The notes under the pieces were generated by a model. That model did no database searches, was not told where the DNA came from, and worked only from the letters and a program-made list of their open reading frames with translations. A stretch of DNA of 64,000 bases from Candidatus Poribacteria bacterium. GTDB taxonomy: Bacteria > Poribacteria > WGA-4E > UBA9662. The stretch lies in contig JAYGDX010000082.1 in NCBI GenBank assembly GCA_046582655.1, forward strand, positions 1-64,000. The letters are read 5' to 3'. This document shows, piece by piece, positions 1 through 9,461 of this stretch. Each line of letters opens with the position of its first letter. Within the stretch, counting starts at the first letter, position 1. A program made the position numbers and the translations under genes.

Positions 1-261
1 ACTGTCCACCTCAACATAATCCGTCGACCCGTTGAAATCCAGCGCCTTACCGAATTTCCCATCGACCCATTTCGGATTACCCTTACCCATGAACTTTCCA
101 TCATAACCGTTGTCAGAACTATCCTTAGCAACTTTACCTGATTCTTCATCAAAGAGCCAGACGCCCGCTGCGGATTTGGGGTCAATTTTGGCGTTACTTT
201 GTATCATGAATATCAGCGTTATAAGGAGGATGCTGACATATACAATAGAGTCTCGAACCAT
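1..261 (-). CDS. LamG-like jellyroll domain secreted protein, N-terminal part (runs off the window start)
   Basis: Not in ORF track. Manual translation: MVRDSIVYVSILLITLIFMIQSNAKIDPKSAAGVWLFDEESGKVAKDSSDNGYDGKFMGKGNPKWVDGKFGKALDFNGSTDYVEVDS. Signal peptide plus W-x-F-D-E...DSS.NG...W.DGKFGKAL.F.G LamG pattern; AAGGAGA RBS upstream. Confidence 0.85.
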   Translation of the reverse strand, partial: MVRDSIVYVSILLITLIFMIQSNAKIDPKSAAGVWLFDEESGKVAKDSSDNGYDGKFMGKGNPKWVDGKFGKALDFNGSTDYVEVDS

Positions 262-362
262 GTTAATTCTCCTTCTTTTTGACTGAAGTTCAGTTAATTT
301 CGACTGTTTACCCTAGCAACTTATCAGAGTGAATGGAATCTTGATTTAACCGTTTGCCATCA

Positions 363-1374
363 CTAGAAAAGTGTGGATATTCCTAGGTTGGGTCCTCTAC
401 AATTGCCAGGGGTCACGGTTTCTGGATTCCAGTTCATGGTGCAGGTGTTAAGCGAACTGGATATCTTTACGCGAATAGGAGATGGAGACGTCCAACATAT
501 CAGTTCATCAAAATAAACCACGCTTCCCGGTTCAACCAGGATCGCACAGCTAATATATTCTCTGGGCTGATAATCCTTATTTTTAAAATCAGGGTTTTTA
601 AGCGTACCAGTAGCAACTGCCCATGTATCAGTTAACCGTACCTTAATTAAATCGGGAAATCCTAGCCACGTTGTATTGCCGGTCATGGGGTCAATACCCT
701 GAATCCACGCTCTTAATATGAAGGTCCCCTTCCCCTTGAGGGCAACATTATAAGAATACGTTGTTCTCGTTTACTGGTTTCCAGTCCGTGTTCTTTTGCA
801 TATTCTTTGTCCCCGTTTGTAACGTGTTTTAAACGGTGTGGGATACATAGGTGAGCCCAGTACCCCGTTCGACATGTTTGAGGATGAGTATGCGATATTT
901 TTTCGGTATCACTTCCCAAGAAACTTTGCCAATAACAATCTCATCATAGTGTAATGACAGGTTCAGTCGCTGGCTGGCAATTTTCTCTAAAACAGCATCG
1001 ACTTCCACCCCCATCAAGGTAGTCGGCTCGGCTCCTCCTCCGCCACCACCACGAGCCCAAGACGAACGACCAGCATTCATGATTACTGTGTAGTCCAGAT
1101 CAAGTCGCTGCGCCAGCTCCACCACTTCCCGAGATGATGAAAAAGGGATAATAAACAGAACTTTTAGTTGACCTCCACTGAGCGGTTTTAACCATTTTAC
1201 ATGATAGGTTTCCCGCGTCCCAGGAAGGTGGTCATAGGGTTGGTTAGGATCTCCATAAGGCGGGGTTGCAAACAAATAAATGTGAATAACGAAAAACAAT
1301 CCGCACATTAGAAGTAGGTTGAAGTAGATATCAAAGTTCTTATCTCTGTTGGGGAGTAACAATAATCTAAGCAT
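363..1374 (-). pseudogene. Fragments of a large secreted carbohydrate-active-type protein (truncated/rearranged)
   Basis: 829..1374 has a hydrophobic leader and HVKWLKPLSGGQLKVLFI...REVVELAQRLDLDY, resembling N-termini of large secreted glycoside-hydrolase-like proteins, but stops after 181 aa. 363..686 is a separate beta-rich fragment. Confidence 0.4.
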
Positions 1375-1533
1375 GACCGATTAGGCTAAGGGATAAAAAT
1401 GCAAGCAGCGTGGCAAACTGGTAAAAAGGACCTTGTACTTGCTAATCAGTTTCATCACATCTCACCTTGCCCTGGGGATCAGGGTTAGAATTCAAGAACC
1501 CACTGGGCCACAAGTTATAGAACTTACCTTAGA

Positions 1534-1563
1534 ATTGTATCATGATTGCCGTATCAGGGTAAA
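1534..1563 (-). promoter_or_regulatory. Putative sigma70 promoter TTTACC-N18-TACAAT with extended -10 (TGn)
   Basis: Reverse strand reads TTTACC ctgatacggcaatcatga TACAAT; a near-identical copy lies at 3195-3224. Confidence 0.5.
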
Positions 1564-1744
1564 GGGTGGGTTCACTGTTAGCAATTGGTTCTGACAAATC
1601 GGGCGGGCACACAATAAACTGAGAGACAGATGACCAACCCATCTCTCAGTCAGGATTTTAGCTTCTAGCTGGAAGATATAGCCAATCCCAGACAGATCGT
1701 ATTAACCAGAATCCCATCGCCAGAAACTGCATCCGAAAGCGCAC

Positions 1745-2644
1745 TTAACTTTCCGGTTGTTGACGAAATTCAAATAGCTTTTGAGCCAGATATTCGATCA
1801 AGGCACGATCAACCAGTTGTTCCTTCCAGTGGTTTGGTATACCGTTATAGCCGTAGTAGGCTCCGCCAAGTTGACCGAAAATGGCACCAGTGGTGTCTGC
1901 ATCGTCACCCAAATTGACCGCCAGCAACGCGCCTTCGGCGAAAGATGAACTTTGATCAAAGGCCCACAAAGCTGCCTCCATCACCTCTACAATGTGGATC
2001 GTGCCTCTAATTTGCGGCGGTTCTTTTTGTCGATACGACCCTTGTGCCACTTGATCGACGGAAGAGGTTAACGGTTGTCCTTGCCAAAGATCAGCTTGAT
2101 AATCCAAAATTCCTGATTTCGAAGCTCCATTCACCGCTTTGACGATCATGGAAGCATAGAGACGACAAGCCTCAACGCAAATCGGGTTGCTGTGGGTAGC
2201 GGTTGCACTTTCACCAGCCATCTGGATAGCCGTTGCCAAATTTTGAGCATAAAAAAGGGGAATAGGAGCCAATCGCATCAATGCACCATTGCTGGTTGCG
2301 GCTTCGACTGGAGCAGGTGTTCCATTGCCTCGAAAGGCCGTAATCGCTTGACGTGCGGTTTGGCCACATCCGTAAGCTACATCTTGACTGCTCATATAGC
2401 CTTCGAACAGCCACCTGACATAACGCTGCAACTGGTCTGTGTGGTCTAGTCCTCGAATGGAAATCAGGCTATCGGCCAAACAGAGTGCCTGAGCCGTATC
2501 ATCGGTCCAAAAGCTATCTGGGAGCATATCTGTGATCTGTTCAAAAGTGCCTGGTGGTTTCCCTTCTAGTGGGCAACCGAGCTGGTCACCAATGGCTAAG
2601 CCAACCAGAGAACCCATCCATCCGTTTTGACAAGTGAATCGCAT
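1745..2644 (-). CDS. ADP-ribosylglycohydrolase family protein (DraG/ARH-like)
   Basis: GLAIGDQLG, WTDDTAQALCLADSL, SNGALMRLAP, ATH and AVNLGDDADTTGAIFGQLGGAYYG motifs. The start could extend to 2695. Confidence 0.92.
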   Translation of the reverse strand: MRFTCQNGWMGSLVGLAIGDQLGCPLEGKPPGTFEQITDMLPDSFWTDDTAQALCLADSLISIRGLDHTDQLQRYVRWLFEGYMSSQDVAYGCGQTARQAITAFRGNGTPAPVEAATSNGALMRLAPIPLFYAQNLATAIQMAGESATATHSNPICVEACRLYASMIVKAVNGASKSGILDYQADLWQGQPLTSSVDQVAQGSYRQKEPPQIRGTIHIVEVMEAALWAFDQSSSFAEGALLAVNLGDDADTTGAIFGQLGGAYYGYNGIPNHWKEQLVDRALIEYLAQKLFEFRQQPES

Positions 2645-2974
2645 CAATTTTTTATCACCGTCATAAATTAGTTTAGAGTTAGACCGAATAAGCAACCGAG
2701 CCGCCCTCTCGCAACAACATCTCTACCGGATACTCTTCAGTTTCTTTGTACTTTCAACTACCACTTCTTTAGCATCTCCTGTCAACGATCAGGATTATCA
2801 GTATCAGCTTGATCTCTTTCATTCCACAAAAGTTCGATTAAAAGACCGACCGAGTTTTGACCTGCTCACCTGAAGAAATCCCACCACAATAGCACCAGAG
2901 CTATCACCGACAGCTCGACCAAGTGAGCTGTTTACCTCGAAACCCACCCAAACTGACAAAATGGGTTGGTAGAT

Positions 2975-3152
2975 CTACATCTCTTCACCGTGGAGAAGGA
3001 ATGACCGAATATCATAACGTCCAGGCATTCAACAGGTAGATCTCCGTTATATTAATTCGAGGAGGGAACAGTAGGTTCGGACCGGCATCTGAACCACTTT
3101 GTGCATTTCGACTGACTCGTAAACGGCCATGATGATTTCTACGTCAACCATA
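2975..3152 (-). pseudogene. C-terminal remnant, probably of a Gfo/Idh/MocA oxidoreductase
   Basis: Reverse translation with frameshifts gives VEIIMAVYESVEMHKVVQMPV...GDLPVE...RYDIRSFLLHGEEM*; E..MA.YES...V..P is typical of the family C-terminus. Confidence 0.4.
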
Positions 3153-3194
3153 TCAGTTGCCTTCTGAGCCTCAAGTTGCTGGACTTTCTTAGGC

Positions 3195-3224
3195 ATTCTA
3201 TCATGATTGGCGCATTGGGGTAAA
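3195..3224 (-). promoter_or_regulatory. Putative sigma70 promoter TTTACC-N18-TAGAAT with extended -10
   Basis: Reverse strand reads TTTACC ccaatgcgccaatcatga TAGAAT; paralogous to 1534-1563. Confidence 0.5.
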
Positions 3225-3744
3225 GAGCGGGTTTGCCGGTGACCGCCCCATCCATCTCAGGCTATACCCTTCTGGATGGTGGGATGCAATTAGAGATTAC
3301 GCTGTTTTGGAAGCTATCCTTTTGTGTCGGATAAGTTTCTGACACTTGTACCACCGTGGCTATCAGGTAAGTGGCAAATCAAGCATACAACGCATCAGCA
3401 GGATCAGTTCAAATCCAAGCCTCTTCGATTCCTGCTTTGAAACGTCCCTCCGCTAACAGCTTTGTCAGCATATAGAAATCGACGACGTGCGACCAGCTCA
3501 TCAGCAGAAATACGGCATCGGACTTAAGCACCAAAGGTTGTTTGTTAGTTGCAGGAACACTTCAGCAATTGCAAGTTACCGATAGAATAAATCCTAATAT
3601 TTAGAATGACAACAAATGTAAATTTATTTATCTTCAACAAAATATAAGCCAAGCCCAACTAATTTGCTAAGGTCCAGCACTATTCGTCCTTCAATCTCCT
3701 TTTTAAATACATGATTGGAATTGCATTCATCAAGTTAACGATAT

Positions 3745-4620
3745 GAACCTATCCCACTAACTTGACATTAGTGTTAGATTCCTGATTATCTTTGGAGGAA
3801 TCTAATCATGGCTAGTCGATTTGAAGGTCTCAACCATTTGGAATGGAAACTGTTTTCGAATCTCTTTCCCCTTCCCCAAAAGCGGACGGTGGCAGGCCTC
3901 GAGCAGCCCCACGTCGAGTTGTCAATTCTTTGTTGTACATCTTGTTGACAGGTTGTCGTTGGTGTGATCTCTCAAAAGGTCCACCATGGTCTTCCAAGAG
4001 TTCAGCTCATCGGTGGCTCCAGCGTTGGTACGAGGATGGGACGATGGAACAACTCCAGTCCAGGATTTTGGGGATGGCCCAGAATAGAGGATTGATTGGA
4101 TGGGATTGTAGCGCCATCGACGCTTCTTTTTCCCCTAGTAAAGGTGGCGGAACTATAGTCACATGGCTATAAAGGCAAAGGGATACTGATTCATATGCGA
4201 GTTGATGGAGAAGGGATGCCTTTATCTGCAGGTACAACTCCTGCAAATGGAGACCAACCCGCACAAATAAACACACTTCTAGAACAAGTTAAAGGTGCAA
4301 ACAGGGAAACCGGGTCGTCCTACCAAACGTGTGAAACGTATCGCCGCTGATAAAGGATATGATTCTCAAGTCCTACGAGAAAGTCTTCGGAGAAAAGGGA
4401 TTCAAGCCCAGATTGCCCAGCGTAGGAATGCAAAAGTCAAATCAGGTAGACCTGTTGAGAAGAGTACCCCCTCGGCTTCAAGTAGAAAGAACCTTTGCTT
4501 GGTTACAGAGAAAGTTTCGACGCCTGACTATTCAGTGGGAGAGATTCGCCCATTGTTTTGATGCATTCTTGTCTCTTGCCATTACTTTCATGTGGATACA
4601 GAGGTTAGTGGGATAGGCTC
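3745..4620 (+). mobile_element. IS5-family insertion sequence (decayed)
   Basis: 17-bp terminal inverted repeats GAACCTATCCCACTAAC (3745-3761) and GTTAGTGGGATAGGCTC (4604-4620), one mismatch, enclosing a frameshifted transposase. Confidence 0.9.
3808..4616 (+). pseudogene. IS5-family transposase, multiply frameshifted
   Basis: MASRFEGL start after GGAGG; LYILLTGCRWCDL...SSAHRWLQRW, AIDASF, ADKGYDS and VERTFAWLQRKFRRL are spread over several frames. Confidence 0.88.
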
Positions 4621-5185
4621 TTTGTTTCACCACTGGTTTCAGTGTCCTATTCCTAACACTGATTCCCATGTTTTTTTATCCATGAACCGCCTTCACCTAC
4701 AAATCAAACAATAGGCTTAAAACAGTATTTTGAGGAAACTTGGGCTGTCTTTCGCACAGATCATAACTTTCGGACTTTCATCTGCAGTCAAGTCTGTATT
4801 TCAGCATTTTCTGTGATTGTCAGCTGTCTAACTGCCTACGGCATGGATGAGATTGGTGGTTCTGCATCACAACTGGCTCGGTTAAATACTGTCTTTGCTG
4901 CAGGGGTAACTGCGGGTAATTTGTTTGGAGGTACGTTGCAGATAAGCGAGGAATCCGTTATATTCTGCTGATCTGTGTAGGACTCACTATCGCCGTAACT
5001 TTGCTTATAATACAAATAACTTCGATTAGCTTGCTTTATGTCCCTTGCGTGCTGATCAGTTTTTCTACTTGTTGTCTTGATATCCAAAGTTTTAACTTTA
5101 CGTTAGAGTTCGCCAATGCCGACAAGATGCCAACCTATACGGCACTAAGAGGTTCTATCATTGCTCCTTTTTATACTGTTGTTGA
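4621..5185 (+). pseudogene. MFS transporter C-terminal half remnant
   Basis: Manual translation across frameshifts: DHNFRTFICSQ...LTAYG...NLFGG/ADKRGIRYILLICVG...FNFTLEFANADKMPTYTALRGSIIAPF. GG..ADK.G.R resembles MFS motif A. Abuts the IS5 right end. Confidence 0.6.
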
Positions 5186-5585
5186 TATCCAGGTTGTTTA
5201 TCAATTGGACCAGTTATCATTGGACCGGTTATCGAATCGTTTTCGCCTCTTGTATTCTACTACTATTGATTGTTGGACTATTGCTATGGCGGGTCAAAGA
5301 CCCACGCCATGCAACCGGTTAATTTTGCGCTTGAATACCATACGCAAACCAAGCATAGATTCGTGATGCACTAACCTTATCATATTCACACCGTTGATAA
5401 AAGTCTATGCTCGCATTGGTAAGCGCGCTGCAGTTCTCCTGGCAATTCAGGCTAAATCGCACTGAAGGTATAACTCTGAAATACAACAAATAGTATTGAG
5501 GAAATCCTATTTGGAAATTGATTGATTCTTCAGCAATTGAGTCAGGATGGGAGAACCTTTTTTACTGAAGTTAAATATCCCAGTG

Positions 5586-5594
5586 TGATATAAT
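5586..5594 (+). promoter_or_regulatory. Extended -10 element TGATATAAT upstream of the 5622-11948 gene run
   Basis: TGn-TATAAT consensus about 30 nt before the first start codon. Confidence 0.45.
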
Positions 5595-5621
5595 ATTAAG
5601 GATATTTAACTAGTCTAAAGG

Positions 5622-6755
5622 ATGGATCTCTTTATGGCGGCACGGTATGCGGTTTCAGTAGATGCTGGTGAGCACGACAGGGACGGTTGCCCTATTTCAG
5701 TCAACCTAGACGAAGATTTAGGGTTTGAATCGGTAAAGTTAGTAGACACGAAAAATGGTGACACGATACCTGCCCAACTTGAAGGTAAAACACTAAGCTG
5801 GATTTTAAATAATCTTAAAGCCCATAATCAAAGCAATTATACTCTATCAGAAGGAAGTATTGAAAGCACAACGCATGTCAGTTTTAACGAGCGGGAAGAT
5901 GCGATTGATATCCGGATTGGTCATCGTGACTTTACAACTTTTCGCTATGCAATGGATCAACACCGTCCTTACTTTTTCCCGGTACTTGGCCCTGAAGGCC
6001 GCCAAATTACAAGAGGAGAAACAAGTGGAGAATCAGCTGATCATGTACACCATCGATCGCTCTATGTTGCTTATGGTGAAGTAAACCATGTTGATGTTTG
6101 GGCAGAAGGAAAAAATTCAGGACGAATACTACATCAGAAATTTACTGAAAAGTCGGATGGTCCTATTGTTGGCCGAATACACACGAATAATAAATGGGTT
6201 AATGCTGATGGCGACAAACTAATGTCTGACATTCAGAATTTCCGTGTCTATGGATTACCTGAAACAGGACAGATCATAGATTTAGACCTGACACTCATCG
6301 CTGATTCAGGTGACGTGTTTTTTGGCGACACCAAAGAAGGAGGTATAATCACTGTTCGTGTCAATCCGCAGATGAATGCCTCTGCAAGCGGTACAATTGA
6401 AAACTCGTTTGGTGGAATTAATGAAGGCGAAACTTGGGGTAAGCGTGCGGCCTGGTGTGATTATTCTGGTTTCGTCGACGGGACACATATGGGTGTTGCC
6501 GTACTAGATCATATTAAAAATCCGCGGTATCCAACCTACTGGCACGTTCGAAACTATGGTTTAATGGGAACCAACATATTTGGTTCGGGAACTTTTGAAG
6601 GTGATAAAAATAGAGATGGGTCGTACACTCTTAAACAGAGTGAGCAGATGAACTTTCGTTTCCGTGTTTATATCCACTCAGGAAGCGCAACCGATGCCAA
6701 TATAAAGACCAAATATCACGATTTTATTAACCCTCCCACTGTAACCGTTTCCTGA
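5622..6755 (+). CDS. PmoA-like/DUF6807 family beta-sandwich protein (not a methane monooxygenase)
   Basis: RPYFFPVLGP.G..ITR, DHVHHRSL, FGDTKEGG..VRV, WGKRAAWCDYSG and P.YWHVRNYGL motifs; soluble, no TM helices. Confidence 0.8.
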   Translation: MDLFMAARYAVSVDAGEHDRDGCPISVNLDEDLGFESVKLVDTKNGDTIPAQLEGKTLSWILNNLKAHNQSNYTLSEGSIESTTHVSFNEREDAIDIRIGHRDFTTFRYAMDQHRPYFFPVLGPEGRQITRGETSGESADHVHHRSLYVAYGEVNHVDVWAEGKNSGRILHQKFTEKSDGPIVGRIHTNNKWVNADGDKLMSDIQNFRVYGLPETGQIIDLDLTLIADSGDVFFGDTKEGGIITVRVNPQMNASASGTIENSFGGINEGETWGKRAAWCDYSGFVDGTHMGVAVLDHIKNPRYPTYWHVRNYGLMGTNIFGSGTFEGDKNRDGSYTLKQSEQMNFRFRVYIHSGSATDANIKTKYHDFINPPTVTVS

Positions 6756-6843
6756 CACACGAAAAACCGTTACAGTTTAGGCTCTTAGTAACAGCATTTT
6801 TCATATTTTTTATCATCTTATTGTTAGTGCTGATAGTTCTCTT

Positions 6844-8163
6844 ATGCCGACAAACAAAAAGTCTCTGGTAGTAAGTCGCATCTTACGAGTTATACTCCTT
6901 ATTTTGGTCATTGCTCTTGTCGCAATTGCTGCGGTGTTATTTCTACAAAAACAGAATCCTTTAATTGTTACTAAAATTTACAAGACACACGAGATCCGGA
7001 CTGAAGATGGACACCGAATGGTATATATGCCTGATGGAGATTTCATTATGGGATCAAGCAAGAGAGAAATTACTAAAATGCATGAAAGTTTTCGGCCAAA
7101 TCTGGCCTATTACGAGCATGAAATGCCGCAGAAGACGATAAAGGTAAAAGGGTTCTACATTGATAAGTATGAAGTAACTAACGCGCAGTATTACAAGTTC
7201 ACCAAGCAAACGGGACACCGCGTGCCGTTTGTTGAGGACCCATTCTACTACTATGACAGAGAAGTTCATGAGTTGATTCAAGGACACCAGGCGAATGTCG
7301 ATTTTGCTATACAACTTCTCAAAAAGAACTTACCTCACTTGGCTGAGGCATCCGATAGAAAAGTTCAAAGGGCTGAACTTTCAGTAGAGGATTTCCAGTT
7401 GGCACTGGCAAGAAACAAGGGATTTTCAAGTTGGAAGAAAATGGTCAGTGGAGGAATGGAGTTCTTTGCACAGTTCAACTGGGTCAACCAAAAATATCCG
7501 GAAGGACGTGGTGACTATCCAGTTGTTCTAGTTAGTTGGGAGGATACATCCGCATACGCTAGATGGGCTGGTCTTCGTCTTCCAACCGAGGCGGAATGGG
7601 AAAAGGCCGCTCGTGGTACTGACGGACGTATTTATCCATGGGGAGATGAATGGGATGGACGAAAATGTAATAACGCTGAACGGCTTGCTGGGCAACCTCT
7701 ACCTACATACAATAGATATGTAACCTGGGCCAAAACCTATCAAAAAGAGTTACCAGACAGTTTTCCCTTGATTGACAAGTTCATTAGTGCCAAAGGCAAG
7801 AGTCGTATTGCCAAATTTGATTATGGAGGTCTAAAAAGCATGCAACCTGTAGGAAGCTATCCGGCAGGGAGTTCACCTTATGGTGTCCATGATATGGCAG
7901 GTAACGTAATGGAATGGTGCGCTAACTGGTATGATTCACAATTACTCAAAAAGATCGGTAATGAACAGCAACCTCAAAGATTTGAAGGCAAATTCCGGTC
8001 AATGCGCGGTGGTTCTTGGATGCGAGCTTTAGATGATCAACGATGCGCCGTTCGAAATGCCAGCAGTCCAAAGCAAAAATACACAACCGTTGGGTTTCGC
8101 TGTGTTATGAACTCTGAAGACGCAATCAGGCTAGGTCTTCGTCCTCCAGGAGGTGAAAAGTGA
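6844..8163 (+). CDS. Membrane-anchored formylglycine-generating-enzyme (SUMF1/EgtB/PvdO) family protein with an internal insertion
   Basis: N-terminal [59 protein letters not shown] and GFRC motifs. Confidence 0.9.
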   Translation: MPTNKKSLVVSRILRVILLILVIALVAIAAVLFLQKQNPLIVTKIYKTHEIRTEDGHRMVYMPDGDFIMGSSKREITKMHESFRPNLAYYEHEMPQKTIKVKGFYIDKYEVTNAQYYKFTKQTGHRVPFVEDPFYYYDREVHELIQGHQANVDFAIQLLKKNLPHLAEASDRKVQRAELSVEDFQLALARNKGFSSWKKMVSGGMEFFAQFNWVNQKYPEGRGDYPVVLVSWEDTSAYARWAGLRLPTEAEWEKAARGTDGRIYPWGDEWDGRKCNNAERLAGQPLPTYNRYVTWAKTYQKELPDSFPLIDKFISAKGKSRIAKFDYGGLKSMQPVGSYPAGSSPYGVHDMAGNVMEWCANWYDSQLLKKIGNEQQPQRFEGKFRSMRGGSWMRALDDQRCAVRNASSPKQKYTTVGFRCVMNSEDAIRLGLRPPGGEK

Positions 8164-8642
8164 AAATTGGTGTGTTTTCGGATAGCCATGATAACGTAAA
8201 CATGATTAAAATGGCTGTTGACCTATTTAATGTAGAAGGGGTTGAATTGGTAATTCACGCAGGAGATTTCATCGCTCCTTTTGCGGTTGCTGCCATGTCA
8301 GATCTGAATTGTAAAGTCATCGGTGTTTTTGGTAACAATGATGGTGAGCGTATTGGTGTGGCCAAACGTTTTGAATCATTGGGAGAAGTGCATAACAATC
8401 TAGCAGAAGTTGAAGTAGGAAGCCGAAAGATCTGTGCCATGCATTATCCGGAGTTAGCTGAAGCAATTGCCCAAAGCGGTGAGTATGATATTGTGATTTA
8501 CGGACATACGCATCAGATCGACGCTCGACAGGAGAAATCCCTGATCTTGAATCCGGGAGAGGTTGGGGGTTGGGTTACCGGTAAATCAACCGTGGCAATT
8601 GTTGATCTTGATAATTTGGAGGTGGAAATTCGTGAATTATAG
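8160..8642 (+). CDS. Metallophosphoesterase, YfcE/MJ0936 family
   Basis: SDSHDN, HAGD, GNND, YGHTH and NPGE motifs. Confidence 0.92.
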   Translation: MKIGVFSDSHDNVNMIKMAVDLFNVEGVELVIHAGDFIAPFAVAAMSDLNCKVIGVFGNNDGERIGVAKRFESLGEVHNNLAEVEVGSRKICAMHYPELAEAIAQSGEYDIVIYGHTHQIDARQEKSLILNPGEVGGWVTGKSTVAIVDLDNLEVEIREL

Positions 8643-8651
8643 GATCATCGC

Positions 8652-9434
8652 ATGAACGTGTTTATCCTAGGAGATCTTGAAGGTACTGCAGGTATTGTTG
8701 ACTTTCAATTGCAAACCTACAGTGATGCCAAATACTATGAGCAAGCAAAACAACTGGCTACTCTAGAAATTAACTCGCTGATAGATGGAGTCTTGGAAGG
8801 TGGTGCCTCCGAAGTGTGGTTTCTGGATGGTCATGGACCAGGTGGAATTGATTACGAACTGATGCACTGCGAAGCAAAGATGGTTATTGGTCGCCCGTTA
8901 GCTGCACCATGGGGATTGGATGAGTCATTCGACGCCTTCTTCCTCTACGGCCATCATTCAATGGCAAACACGGAACGGGGTGTACTCTGTCACAGTTGGA
9001 GTTCTCGGACCATCGCAAATTGCTGGCTCAATGGAAACCTGATCGGTGAAATTGGCTTCAATGCTGCACTGGCAGGTTCGTTTGGTATTCCAACTGTTTT
9101 TATCAGCGGAGATGACACCGCGGTCACTGAGATGCAAGGCTATGTGCCCAACATTGTTGCAGTGGAAACAAAAGTTGGACTGTCTCAAACCAGCGCTATC
9201 TCACTCACCCCCTTGAAATCTAGGCAACTTCATCGGGAAGTTGGTCGGGAGGCGATGAAAAAGGTTAGCACAATTCAGCCATTTACTATAGACCCTCCAT
9301 ACGAATTTGTTACCGAGCTTTTGGATGCAGATCATATAGCATCAAAAGCAAAACAACCTGATGTCGAACGAGTCGACACACACAAATTCAAAATATTCGG
9401 CGATACATTAGTTGAAATTGCACAACGGCGTTAA
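8652..9434 (+). CDS. M55 family metallopeptidase (DppA-like D-aminopeptidase)
   Basis: DLEG.AG, DGHG, GHH, L.HS, GEIG.NA, VFISGD motifs. Confidence 0.9.
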   Translation: MNVFILGDLEGTAGIVDFQLQTYSDAKYYEQAKQLATLEINSLIDGVLEGGASEVWFLDGHGPGGIDYELMHCEAKMVIGRPLAAPWGLDESFDAFFLYGHHSMANTERGVLCHSWSSRTIANCWLNGNLIGEIGFNAALAGSFGIPTVFISGDDTAVTEMQGYVPNIVAVETKVGLSQTSAISLTPLKSRQLHREVGREAMKKVSTIQPFTIDPPYEFVTELLDADHIASKAKQPDVERVDTHKFKIFGDTLVEIAQRR

Positions 9435-9461
9435 CTTGAACATCATCGAAGGAATATAGAC

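Noticed and set aside
5622..6755. 'PmoA' family label suggesting methane oxidation
   Set aside because: Soluble protein without TM helices and no pmoB/pmoC; this family name does not imply particulate methane monooxygenase.
7990..8110. FGE/C-type-lectin-fold C-terminus as a diversity-generating retroelement target
   Set aside because: No second copy (template repeat) and no reverse transcriptase seen in the window.
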